From a virus (taxonomy: Duplodnaviria > Heunggongvirae > Uroviricota > Caudoviricetes): DNA of 64,000 bases. This document shows positions 45,012 through 54,569 of this stretch, piece by piece. A program made the position numbers and the translations under genes. Position 1 is the stretch's first letter. Each line of letters opens with the position of its first letter. The stretch lies in IMG/VR virus record IMGVR_UViG_3300024270_000054, one strand, 5' to 3'. Under the pieces are notes generated by a model that ran no database searches, was not told where the DNA came from, and saw only the letters and a list, made by a program, of their open reading frames with translations.

Positions 45012-48000
45012 ATGAGAATACCGATGCAGTATGTGCTGTATCATCTGCACTCACAATTGTCAAATGGCACAACCAATATCGATTCTATTACATTTCCAGA
45101 TTTGTACGTCGAAGCGGCAAAAGCTTGCGGCATGAAAGCGATGGCGTTTTCAGAGCACGGCAATCTGTTTTTCTGGAAACATAAAAAAGAAGAAATCGAA
45201 AAGGCTGGTATGAAGTATATTCATGCCGTCGAAACCTATTTGACATCCACCATCACAGAAAAGGTGAGGGACAATTACCACTGCGTTCTGATCGCAAAAA
45301 ACTATGATGGTGTAAAAGAGCTGAACAAGCTCATTTCCAAATCGTTTGGAAGAATCGACGATAATCATTTTTACTATACGCCGCGAATTACATTTGAAGA
45401 GTTGTTTGCAACGTCAGATAACATCATTGTAACAACCGCTTGTCTTGGTGGCGTGCTGCATAACGGTTCTGTCATCGAAAAAGAAAAAATGCTTGGATTC
45501 CTTGCCATGAACAAGCATCGCTGCTTCTTGGAGATCCAGCATCATAACTGCGAAGAACAGATTGAGTATAATCGCCTGCTGTATGATTTGAGCAAAACGA
45601 CGGGCATTCCGCTGATCGCCGGAACTGATACACATGCTCTTAATGACGAACATATGGACGGCAGAGCGTTGCTCCAAAAATCAAAAGGTGTTCGTTTTGC
45701 GAATGAAGATGCTTGGGATTTGACTTTTAAAACCTGCAAACAACTGATTCGCGCTTATGAGATTCAGAAATCACTTCCTATGGATGTGGTATATGAAGCT
45801 ATTGAAAACACGAATGTTCTTGCAGATATGGTTGAACCGTTCAAACTGGATTACAGCGCTAAGTATCCAAAGCTGTATGACGATTCGGAAGGTGTATTCA
45901 AGAAGAAGATCAACGAGGGCGTTGTCCGTCGCGGTATCATGAAATACCCGGACTACGATAGATACGTAAAGCGAATCCATCAGGAATTTGATACGTATAA
46001 GCATAATAATGCCATTGATTTTATGCTGCTTGAAGAGGATTACAAGTCCGAAATGCGCCGTAGGAATATCAAATTTGGTTACAGCCGTGGTTCCGTGTCT
46101 GGCAGCATCATTGCGTACCTGCTTGGCATCACGGAGGTTGACAGCGTTCGCCTGAATCTGAACTTTGAGCGATTCATGAACAAGGAGCGTGTCAGCCTTG
46201 CCGATATCGATACGGACTGGCTATCCGAAGATAGAAAGGTTGTCAAGGATTACCTGTATAGCAAGCATGGCCTGTACTGCTGTGATATCGTCACTTTTAA
46301 TACCATTGCGCTGAAAGGCGCGATCAAAGATGTATGCCGTGGCCTGTACAGAGAACTCGATCCGCGATCAAAGCTCAGTCCAAAGTGGCAAAAGGTATAC
46401 GATGAGTACAAGCGGACTGCTGATGCGCTCAATGGTCAAGGTACAGAATTTACCATGCCGGAAGACCTGAAGGAAGAGATTGAAAGGGTTTCTGGCGGCA
46501 ATTACATGAAGATTGCAGACGAGATTATTGCGCTTGCAGAGGTTGACGAGCAGGCGGCAAGAAAGAAGCATCCCAAAGTCTTCAAGTATGTTGATCTGGT
46601 GAAGGATTGTATCGTGTCCGTTGGCAATCACCCTGCGGGCTGCGTGGTCTCTCCGATCCCGGTTGATGAGTGGTTCGGCACGTTTACCACGTCCACGGAT
46701 GAGTACCCAATTTCCATGCTCAACATGAAAGAGATTGATTCTCTGAATTTTGTTAAGCTGGATATTCTTGGTCTGGATAACATCGGCCTGATTTATAAAA
46801 CGTGCGATTTAGCAGGAATTCCATTCCTCACACCAGATAACACGCCGTCTGATGATTTGGCCGTTTGGAGGAGCATTCGTGACGATACAACAATGATCTT
46901 CCAATGGGAATCTGGAAGCGCTACAGCATACTTAAAGCAACTCATGAGCGATAAGACCATTGAAGCCATTAAGGAAAAGAACCCTAACTTCTCCTATATG
47001 GACTTGCTTTCAATCGGTAATGGTGCAATTCGCCCTGCTGGTGAATCATATCGTGACAAGCTTGCTCAGGGAATCTATCAGGATAATGGTCATGAAGCGC
47101 TTAATAACTTCCTTGCACCGACGCTTGGATATCTGGTCTATCAGGAACAAATTATCGAATTCCTGCACTCGTTCTGCGGCTATACAATGGGCGAAGCAGA
47201 CGTAGTGCGACGCGGTTTTGCCAAGAAAACAGGAACAGAAAAATTCATTCCAAAGATTAAATCCGGCTTCTCTAAGACGATGAAGGAAAAGTACGGCGTA
47301 TCTGAGGATGAAGCGGAAAAGCTTATTGTTAATTTCATCAAGGTTATCGAGGATGCAAGTTCATATCTTTTCTCAAAGAACCATTCAGATCCGTATTCTT
47401 GGATTGGCTATATCTGCGGCTATCTCAGATATCATTATCCGCTTGAATTCATTACAACTGCGCTCAACATCTTTGAAACCAAGGAAGATAAGACGCTTGC
47501 GATCATCGCATATGCAAAGAGTGTAGGTATTAAGATTTCGCCAATCAAGTTCAGGCATTCTATTGCTCAGTATAACTTTGACAAGAGTGGCAATCAAATC
47601 TTTAAAGGAATTTCTTCTATTAAATATATGAATGCTGCCGTTGCCAATGAGATGTATGAGCTGAGGAATAACCAGTATAAGAATTTCATGCATCTTCTTT
47701 ATGATCTGCGCGAAAAGACAAGTCTGAATTCAAGACAGATCAAGATTCTGATTGAGCTTGACTTCTTTGAAGAATTCGGCGATGCAAACTTTCTGATGGC
47801 GCAATATGAAGTGTTTGACACTCTTGATGGAAAGCGTCAGTTCAAGAAGCAGGCGCTTGAAAGCATGGGTTTCCCGATTGACCTAATCAGACCGTATGCA
47901 GAAAAAGAAACAGAAAAGATGTTCACCGGAGTCAATATCCGCATGGTTATGCTTTCCTGTGTTGATCATATCCGGTATCAAAAGCGAAGTCTGAAAGAAA

Positions 48001-48320
48001 AGCTGAACGCTCAGACGATGCATCTTGGCTATCTGGATGTTGTCGGCGAGCAATATGCTGGAATTCTCGTTGTAATGAGCGTAGATGCAAAGTATTCTCC
48101 TAAGATGAAAATGTACTCGCTCAAAAATGGTACGACGCTTGATTTCAAGATTGACAAGAAACTGTTTGCAAAAAACAAACTGTCTGCTGGCGATATTGTA
48201 AGAATTCTTTCAAGCAAGACCAAGCCGAAAATGAGGCGCTGCGAAGATGGAACATTTGAAGAGGTGCCAAATACAGCGGAGCGCTGGATAACCAACTACA
48301 GAAAGGTGGAGAACTTGTGA
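45012..48320 (+). CDS. dnaE: DNA polymerase III alpha subunit (DnaE-type, N-terminal PHP domain)
   Basis: 1102 aa. PHP motif YHLHSQLS at the N-terminus. Its size and replication context fit Pol III alpha. Confidence 0.8.
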   Translation: MRIPMQYVLYHLHSQLSNGTTNIDSITFPDLYVEAAKACGMKAMAFSEHGNLFFWKHKKEEIEKAGMKYIHAVETYLTSTITEKVRDNYHCVLIAKNYDGVKELNKLISKSFGRIDDNHFYYTPRITFEELFATSDNIIVTTACLGGVLHNGSVIEKEKMLGFLAMNKHRCFLEIQHHNCEEQIEYNRLLYDLSKTTGIPLIAGTDTHALNDEHMDGRALLQKSKGVRFANEDAWDLTFKTCKQLIRAYEIQKSLPMDVVYEAIENTNVLADMVEPFKLDYSAKYPKLYDDSEGVFKKKINEGVVRRGIMKYPDYDRYVKRIHQEFDTYKHNNAIDFMLLEEDYKSEMRRRNIKFGYSRGSVSGSIIAYLLGITEVDSVRLNLNFERFMNKERVSLADIDTDWLSEDRKVVKDYLYSKHGLYCCDIVTFNTIALKGAIKDVCRGLYRELDPRSKLSPKWQKVYDEYKRTADALNGQGTEFTMPEDLKEEIERVSGGNYMKIADEIIALAEVDEQAARKKHPKVFKYVDLVKDCIVSVGNHPAGCVVSPIPVDEWFGTFTTSTDEYPISMLNMKEIDSLNFVKLDILGLDNIGLIYKTCDLAGIPFLTPDNTPSDDLAVWRSIRDDTTMIFQWESGSATAYLKQLMSDKTIEAIKEKNPNFSYMDLLSIGNGAIRPAGESYRDKLAQGIYQDNGHEALNNFLAPTLGYLVYQEQIIEFLHSFCGYTMGEADVVRRGFAKKTGTEKFIPKIKSGFSKTMKEKYGVSEDEAEKLIVNFIKVIEDASSYLFSKNHSDPYSWIGYICGYLRYHYPLEFITTALNIFETKEDKTLAIIAYAKSVGIKISPIKFRHSIAQYNFDKSGNQIFKGISSIKYMNAAVANEMYELRNNQYKNFMHLLYDLREKTSLNSRQIKILIELDFFEEFGDANFLMAQYEVFDTLDGKRQFKKQALESMGFPIDLIRPYAEKETEKMFTGVNIRMVMLSCVDHIRYQKRSLKEKLNAQTMHLGYLDVVGEQYAGILVVMSVDAKYSPKMKMYSLKNGTTLDFKIDKKLFAKNKLSAGDIVRILSSKTKPKMRRCEDGTFEEVPNTAERWITNYRKVENL

Positions 48321-48634
48321 TGAGCTATGAAGAGTTTGAAAAATACATGAGCAAAATCACGCGACTGCTTGATTTTGAAGACAGTATTCAGAATACTTGC
48401 AGAATATCCGGCTTTGATTGGTGCGAGATCAAACATCCAACGCTGATTGATGAATGTGTTGCGCTGCTTTCAATAATCATGGAAGATACGCAGGATGAAT
48501 GGATCAGCTATTGGGTGTTTGAGCTGGATTGCGGAAAGAAATATACGCAAGGCAGCGTGAAGGATGAAAATGGGAATGCAATTCCAATGAAGACTATCCG
48601 CGATTTGTATGACTATTTAACCTCTGAAAAATAA
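48317..48634 (+). CDS. hypothetical protein
   Basis: 105 aa, coupled. Confidence 0.5.
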   Translation: MMSYEEFEKYMSKITRLLDFEDSIQNTCRISGFDWCEIKHPTLIDECVALLSIIMEDTQDEWISYWVFELDCGKKYTQGSVKDENGNAIPMKTIRDLYDYLTSEK

Positions 48635-48676
48635 AGCAGAAAAACTATTGACATCATCAATAGATGGATGTAGAAT
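48634..48676 (+). promoter_or_regulatory. promoter carrying the conserved motif (AGCAGAAAAACTA-TTGACA-17nt-TAGAAT)
   Basis: TTGACA at 48648-48653 and TAGAAT at 48671-48676. Confidence 0.55.
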
Positions 48677-48694
48677 ATAGAAAGGAACAGATAT

Positions 48695-49372
48695 ATGGGC
48701 AAGATTACAATTCTTCCAGAAACAACAAAGAAACCCATTACGCTCATCGGTCATAGAGCTGGCGTGTGCTGGGGTGCAGATGTCACAAACGAAGAGAAAA
48801 ATTATAAGCGAGGTCTGGACTGCTTAGAGTCCGGCCATGGCAGAACGATTGAGTACCCAAATATCGAGATGATTATTGAGGGATATTCAGCTCGTGTCAT
48901 CCGCGAATGGTATACGCATGTTGGCGGCAGTCCGTCTCGCCTTCAGGCAAGCACGCGCTATATCAATTACAAAAACTTCGAGTATGTTACGCCGCATACC
49001 ATTGAGCGCAACGAAAAGGCCAAAGCGATTTACGATGGCATTATGAAAGCGATCAGCGACGGGTGCCAGCAGCTTGAGGAAGAGAAGATTCCGCGTGAAG
49101 ATAGCGCTATGGCTTTGCCGCTGGGCATGACCACGAAGATTGTGGACAAGCGAAATCCGAGAAATATGATTGACATGTCTCGTCAGAGGATGTGTACTCG
49201 CGCGTATTGGGAGTATCGAGAACTGTTCAATGATATCTGTGAAGCGCTGAAGGCTTATTCTGATGAATGGGCGTATATTGTTGATACGCAAATGGCTCCG
49301 AAGTGCAAAGTGCTTGGATACTGCCCGGAAAAGAAGTCTTGTGGTAAGATGCCAAAGAAGGTATCCTCATGA
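48695..49372 (+). CDS. thyX: ThyX-family (flavin-dependent thymidylate synthase-like) protein; divergent
   Basis: GHGRTIEYPNIEMIIEGYSARVIREWYTHVGGSPSRLQASTRY aligns to ThyX HGHETPFEH...ARQWFRHRIASYNELSGRY. The S..RY signature is present but RHR is replaced by THV. Confidence 0.6.
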   Translation: MGKITILPETTKKPITLIGHRAGVCWGADVTNEEKNYKRGLDCLESGHGRTIEYPNIEMIIEGYSARVIREWYTHVGGSPSRLQASTRYINYKNFEYVTPHTIERNEKAKAIYDGIMKAISDGCQQLEEEKIPREDSAMALPLGMTTKIVDKRNPRNMIDMSRQRMCTRAYWEYRELFNDICEALKAYSDEWAYIVDTQMAPKCKVLGYCPEKKSCGKMPKKVSS

Positions 49373-49608
49373 AAACCAAAGAGAGCTTGTGTGTCGATTG
49401 TGGTTTGCCATGTTTGAAAAGCGGATGCCCGTATTATAGCGTAACCGTCGTCTACTGCGATGAATGCGGCGATTACGCTATGCACGCCATGGATGGTCAG
49501 GACTTGTGCGAAGAGTGCGCAAAGAAGTATGTTGATGGGGCATGGGATGATCTTTCTGTTTCAGAAAAGGCCGAAATGCTGAAAATTGAACATAGTACAT
49601 ATGAGTAA
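49369..49608 (+). CDS. small zinc-ribbon protein
   Basis: CVDCGLPC..CPYY..CDECGD...CEEC. 79 aa. Confidence 0.45.
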   Translation: MKTKESLCVDCGLPCLKSGCPYYSVTVVYCDECGDYAMHAMDGQDLCEECAKKYVDGAWDDLSVSEKAEMLKIEHSTYE

Positions 49609-49621
49609 GGAGAGTGATCAT

Positions 49622-50173
49622 ATGATTGTTATCATCGGTGAATCTGCAAGTGGTAAATCCACTTTGCAGAACATGCTGATTGAATCTGATCCAAGTTATC
49701 AGAAAATTGTAACGTATACGACAAGGCCGATGCGTGATGGAGAAGTGAATGGCATTGACTATCACTTTGTCACAGACGCAGCATTTGAGGAATTGTCAAA
49801 GCGCGGATTCTTTGTTGAGCAGAATGCTTACAGAGAATGGAAGTATGGCACGGCAAAGCAAGACTGCATGAACGCAAAGAAGAAGATCGCAGTTATGACT
49901 CCCGCTGGCCTTAGAGCCTTAAAGCGCGAGAACATCGATGTGGTATCAATCTATCTGATGGTCGATAGGCGCTCAAGGTTGATTCAGATCCTGAATCGCG
50001 GAGACAACATCGAAGAAGCTTATCGCAGAAGTCTTTCCGATGTGGGGCAGTTTGATGGCGTTGTTGATGAAGTGAATTACGTAATCGACAATACCAACTA
50101 TCACATGACGATGGATCAAACGCTGATGTGCCTGAAAGCGATTCTTAAAGCAGCCGAAAAGGAGAAAGAATGA
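49622..50173 (+). CDS. gmk: guanylate kinase
   Basis: P-loop GESASGKST and the guanylate kinase signature TTRPMRDGEVNGIDYHFV. Confidence 0.85.
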   Translation: MIVIIGESASGKSTLQNMLIESDPSYQKIVTYTTRPMRDGEVNGIDYHFVTDAAFEELSKRGFFVEQNAYREWKYGTAKQDCMNAKKKIAVMTPAGLRALKRENIDVVSIYLMVDRRSRLIQILNRGDNIEEAYRRSLSDVGQFDGVVDEVNYVIDNTNYHMTMDQTLMCLKAILKAAEKEKE

Positions 50174-50604
50174 AGAAGATTTATACGGCAGGGAAAATGA
50201 GCGGTTTGACGCGCGAAGAGCAGCTTGGCTGGCGCACAGAGTTTGCTTCTTTGCTCGATGACGTTATGGGCATTAGCGTCAAAGTAGTTAATCCTCCGCT
50301 GTTCTATGACCCAAACGACCCGGATGCATCTAGCGTGGAGGCAGAGGCAAAAGAATGGGATCTTGCGCAGATTCGTGACAGCGATGTCGTCGTTATCAAT
50401 CTGGATGGCATTGAAGATAGCATTGGCACACATTACGAGCTTGGCTACATCAATGCAATCAACTCCTTCGGCAATAAACATATCTATGTTGTCGGCTTTG
50501 GCGGGAAGCGCGATCTTCATCCGTGGATTAAGCTCTCTTTGTTCAGGTGGGAGCCGAATGTCATTGCGGCAGCAGATTTTGTTGCTAAATTTTGCCTTTA
50601 TTAA
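50170..50604 (+). CDS. nucleoside 2-deoxyribosyltransferase-family protein
   Basis: IYTAGKMSG ... DSIGTHYELGYINA (NDT signature D.GT.FE.GYA). Confidence 0.65.
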   Translation: MKKIYTAGKMSGLTREEQLGWRTEFASLLDDVMGISVKVVNPPLFYDPNDPDASSVEAEAKEWDLAQIRDSDVVVINLDGIEDSIGTHYELGYINAINSFGNKHIYVVGFGGKRDLHPWIKLSLFRWEPNVIAAADFVAKFCLY

Positions 50605-50637
50605 TAATGCAGAAAAAGTATATTGAGGTGTAGTTTG

Positions 50638-52842
50638 ATGAAGATTATCAAAAGAGACTGTACAGAAGTAGAGTTTGACAAGTCAAAAATCTATGAAGCG
50701 ATCATGAAAGCGATGCAGTTTGGCAGTGGTATTGTTAAGCCCGTCGTCGCAAAAGAAATTGCCTCCGAGATTGAAACAGAGGCAAGGTATATTGAGGATT
50801 TGGATATCCACGCCGTAGAAGCTATGGTTTTTGAAAAGCTGATTGGCAAGGGTGAAACACTCACAGCAAAGGCGTATGAGGGATATCGCAGCGTCCGTGA
50901 ATTCCAGCGCGACGTGAAGAATTCAACTGACGATTCAATCATTGAATTGCTCAATGGTCAGAGCGAATACTGGAATGACGAAAACTCAAACAAGAACGCC
51001 GTTCTGGTCACTACTCAACGTGATTACATGGCTGGAATTGAAAGCGAGGATATCAGCAAGCGCATGCTGCTGACACCGGATGTCATTCAGGCAAACGATG
51101 AGGGCATCATTCATTTCCATGATATCGACTATTTCGGTCAGCGCACACTTCATAACTGCGATCTGGTTGATCTCGACGATATGCTGCAAAAAGGCACCGT
51201 CATCAGCAATGTTATGATTGAAAAGCCGAAGTCATTCTCTACGGCTTGTAATATTGCCACGCAGATTATTGCTCAGGTGGCAAGCAGTCAGTACGGTGGA
51301 CAGTCCATCTCCCTTACACATCTTGCTCCGTTTGTTGAAGTTAGCCGTCAGAAGATCCGCAAGGAAGTGGAATCTGAGCTTTCCTGCATCGACGAAATGA
51401 GCATGGATAAGGTTGCATTGATTGACAGCATTGTTGAAAGCCGGCTGCGCGAGGAGATTAAGCGCGGCGTTCAGACCATTCAGTATCAGGTTGTGACGCT
51501 CATGACCACCAATGGTCAAGCCCCATTCCTTTCTGTTTTCATGTATCTTGGGGAAGCCAAAGATGAAAAGACAAAGGCAGACCTCGCGCTGATCATTGAA
51601 GAAGTCCTGCGTCAGCGCATTCAGGGCGTGAAGAATGAAAAGGGTGTATGGACAACTCCGGCGTTCCCGAAGCTCCTGTACGTACTTGAAAAGGATAACA
51701 CATACGAGGGCAGCAAGTATTTCTACCTGACCAAGCTCGCTGCTGAGTGCTCTGCAAAGCGTCTTGTGCCAGATTATATTTCTGAAAAGAAGATGCTTGA
51801 GTACAAGATTGACAAGAACGGCAATAGCCATTGCTATCCGTGTATGGGTTGCCGTTCCTTCTTGACACCGTATGTCGATGAACAGGGCAATCCGAAGTAT
51901 TATGGCCGCTTCAATCAGGGCGTTGTTACAATCAATCTGCCCGATATCGCATTGTCTTCTGGCGGAGACATGGACACCTTCTGGAAGATTTTCGATACGC
52001 GCACAGAGCTTTGCCATAAGGCATTGCAGCTTCGACATCAGCGTCTTGAGGGAACCCCATCTGATGTCGCTCCAATCCTTTGGCAGCACGGCGCAATTGC
52101 CCGTCTTGAAAAGGGAGAGAAGATCGACAAGCTCCTCCATAATGGCTATTCTACCATTTCCCTTGGTTATGCTGGACTTTATGAATGCGTCAAGTTTATG
52201 ACTGGTCATAGCCATACGGATAAGGGGGTTGGCGAAGCATTTGGCCTCAAGGTGATGCAGGCGCTCAATGACAAGTGTGCTGAATGGAAGAACTCTGAGC
52301 ATATCGATTACAGCCTGTATGGAAGCCCGATTGAGTCTACAACGTATAAGTTTGCCAAGTGTCTGAAGAAGCGCTTCGGAATCATCCCCGGCATCACGGA
52401 TAAGGATTATATCACTAACTCCTATCATGTGCCTGTATTTGAGAAGATCAACGCATTTGATAAACTGGCGCTGGAAAGCAAGTTCCAGAAGCTTTCTCCG
52501 GGCGGCGCAATCAGCTATGTTGAGATCCCCAACATGAACGACAATCTTGATGTTGTTGTCCAGCTCATCCAGTTCATCTATGAAAATATCATGTATGCAG
52601 AGCTGAACAGCAAGAGCGATTATTGCATGGCTTGCGGATATGATAAGGAAATCAAGATCATTACCGATGAAAGCGGCAAGCTCGCATGGGAATGCCCGTC
52701 TTGCGGAAATCGCAATCAGGCAATGATGAGCGTTGCTCGTCGCACATGCGGATACATCGGAACGAACTTCTGGAATCAGGGGCGCACACAGGAAATTGCA
52801 GAGCGCGTCCTGCATGTGGATGATATGGATCTCTGCGAATAA
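50638..52842 (+). CDS. nrdD: anaerobic ribonucleoside-triphosphate reductase (class III, NrdD)
   Basis: N-terminal ATP-cone, zinc ribbon CMACGYD...CPSCGN, and C-terminal glycyl-radical motif RRTCGYIG. Short-form motif at 50606-50623 upstream. Confidence 0.9.
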   Translation: MKIIKRDCTEVEFDKSKIYEAIMKAMQFGSGIVKPVVAKEIASEIETEARYIEDLDIHAVEAMVFEKLIGKGETLTAKAYEGYRSVREFQRDVKNSTDDSIIELLNGQSEYWNDENSNKNAVLVTTQRDYMAGIESEDISKRMLLTPDVIQANDEGIIHFHDIDYFGQRTLHNCDLVDLDDMLQKGTVISNVMIEKPKSFSTACNIATQIIAQVASSQYGGQSISLTHLAPFVEVSRQKIRKEVESELSCIDEMSMDKVALIDSIVESRLREEIKRGVQTIQYQVVTLMTTNGQAPFLSVFMYLGEAKDEKTKADLALIIEEVLRQRIQGVKNEKGVWTTPAFPKLLYVLEKDNTYEGSKYFYLTKLAAECSAKRLVPDYISEKKMLEYKIDKNGNSHCYPCMGCRSFLTPYVDEQGNPKYYGRFNQGVVTINLPDIALSSGGDMDTFWKIFDTRTELCHKALQLRHQRLEGTPSDVAPILWQHGAIARLEKGEKIDKLLHNGYSTISLGYAGLYECVKFMTGHSHTDKGVGEAFGLKVMQALNDKCAEWKNSEHIDYSLYGSPIESTTYKFAKCLKKRFGIIPGITDKDYITNSYHVPVFEKINAFDKLALESKFQKLSPGGAISYVEIPNMNDNLDVVVQLIQFIYENIMYAELNSKSDYCMACGYDKEIKIITDESGKLAWECPSCGNRNQAMMSVARRTCGYIGTNFWNQGRTQEIAERVLHVDDMDLCE

Positions 52843-52847
52843 TCATC

Positions 52848-53282
52848 ATGAATACTTTGAAAGTTGAAGCGCTGCTTGCGCAAAAGTATAAGTATAAACC
52901 GCTTTCAAAGGACTTGTCTCAAAAGTACCGTCAGTATTTCAGGGAGAACATTCCAAATGGTCTCTCTGAATCTGGCGGGAAAGAGACCCTGCTTACCTTG
53001 AATGACAGCCCGATATGTGATGGATATGACCGCATTGTTATCGGAGATTATGGCGCTTTTATCGAATTTTCTTCGATGCCTTATCTGAATTTTGCCATCA
53101 AGCAAGGGCAGGAATACAGGGTATTTGATGAACGGTACAGCAAGAACTGCAAATATATCTGGCTCACAATAGAAGATGGAAGCGATATCAAGATTTATAA
53201 GCAGAAAAAGACTGTTGCATACGCAGACTATAAACCAGACAAGTTTTACGTCAGCGTACACGAAGTAAAGGTAGGCGAATAG
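52848..53282 (+). CDS. hypothetical protein
   Basis: 144 aa between nrdD and nrdG. Confidence 0.5.
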   Translation: MNTLKVEALLAQKYKYKPLSKDLSQKYRQYFRENIPNGLSESGGKETLLTLNDSPICDGYDRIVIGDYGAFIEFSSMPYLNFAIKQGQEYRVFDERYSKNCKYIWLTIEDGSDIKIYKQKKTVAYADYKPDKFYVSVHEVKVGE

Positions 53283-53286
53283 AAAT

Positions 53287-53832
53287 ATGCGATATGCAAA
53301 AATTCGAGAAATGGATATCTCAAATGGAGAGGGTGTCGGCGTTTCACTCTTTGTTCAGGGGTGCCATTTTCATTGTCAGGGCTGCTTTAACCCGGAAACA
53401 TGGGATTTTAGCGGCGGGAAAGAATGGACAAAGGATGTAGAAAGAAAGTTCATCGATCTTGCAGGCAAGCCGTATGTAAAGCGTATCTCCATCCTTGGCG
53501 GCGAGCCGCTTGCCGATGAAAACATTGTTGGCACATTTGATTTGTGTATAAAGCTTAAAAACCAGTATCCAGAAAAAAAGATTTGGCTATATACCGGGTA
53601 TACCATTGAGCATATTCTTCGCCATGCTTCCACGCTTGCCGATCACGGCAGACGTTATATCCTAGATCATATTGATGTTCTGGTAGACGGCCAATTTGAG
53701 CTTGGCAAACAGGACTTGCTCAACAAGGAAATCGTGTTTGCTGGCAGCACAAACCAGCGTGTAATTGATATGAAATCTACATTTAGAGAAGAAAGGATAA
53801 TTCTTCTTAATGACACGAAAGTTGTGGAGTAA
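53287..53832 (+). CDS. nrdG: anaerobic RNR activating protein (radical SAM, NrdG)
   Basis: CHFHCQGCFN (CxxxCxxC). Size and position next to nrdD. Confidence 0.85.
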   Translation: MRYAKIREMDISNGEGVGVSLFVQGCHFHCQGCFNPETWDFSGGKEWTKDVERKFIDLAGKPYVKRISILGGEPLADENIVGTFDLCIKLKNQYPEKKIWLYTGYTIEHILRHASTLADHGRRYILDHIDVLVDGQFELGKQDLLNKEIVFAGSTNQRVIDMKSTFREERIILLNDTKVVE

Positions 53833-53995
53833 TCGTATGAAAGATGGTTTGTATGTTCAGTTTTTTGTCGTCAAAGACGGCGTGTCATATCCTTGCAAAG
53901 TTGTAAGCATGCAGGACATGACAAGAACACTTGTCAATACGATGATGGATGGCGTTGAGAAAATTGTAACGTCGAATGATACGAATGGTGATTGA
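53810..53995 (+). CDS. hypothetical small protein
   Basis: 61 aa. Confidence 0.4.
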   Translation: MTRKLWSNRMKDGLYVQFFVVKDGVSYPCKVVSMQDMTRTLVNTMMDGVEKIVTSNDTNGD

Positions 53996-53996
53996 A

Positions 53997-54569
53997 ATGC
54001 AAGGGAATATACTCGCAAACAGATCAGTATCAGGCAGAAACAAGAGTGACTATTATCCAACACCAGAGGATTGTACGATCACTCTTGTTGACTATCTGAA
54101 TATCCCCAAAGGGTCAACAATTTGGGAACCTGCATGTGGGCAGGGACATATGTCAAGAGCGCTTGAGCAATGTGGATATCGTGTCATCAGCACAGACATT
54201 GAGGACTATGGATGCGGATATGACGTAGAAGACTTCCTGCAAAGCTCAGGAAAAGAATGCGATTGGATCATAACGAATCCGCCATTTTCGCTCTCATCAC
54301 AGTTTATCGAAAAAGCAATAAGCCTCAAAAAGCCTTTTGCGCTTCTTCTGAAATCGCAGTATTGGCATTCAAAGAACAGAATGTCCTTATTTAACAAGCA
54401 TCGTCCTATGTATGTACTACCTCTTACATGGAGGCCAGATTTTGAATTTGGCAAACGCGGCGGATCTCCTACGATGGAATGCGCATGGACTGTGTGGGGC
54501 GAAAACCCGTCTGATAAAACCATATATAGGCCACTCCGTAGAATAACAAAATTGCTTGGTGAACAATGA
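53997..54569 (+). CDS. N6-adenine DNA methyltransferase (small, gamma-like)
   Basis: Motif I WEPACGQGHM and motif IV IITNPPFS. Confidence 0.7.
   Translation: MQGNILANRSVSGRNKSDYYPTPEDCTITLVDYLNIPKGSTIWEPACGQGHMSRALEQCGYRVISTDIEDYGCGYDVEDFLQSSGKECDWIITNPPFSLSSQFIEKAISLKKPFALLLKSQYWHSKNRMSLFNKHRPMYVLPLTWRPDFEFGKRGGSPTMECAWTVWGENPSDKTIYRPLRRITKLLGEQ

Noticed and set aside
51232-52815. 527-aa minus-strand ORF
   Set aside because: Lies entirely antisense to the strongly supported nrdD gene. Its composition is low-complexity with no motifs, so it is an antisense artefact.
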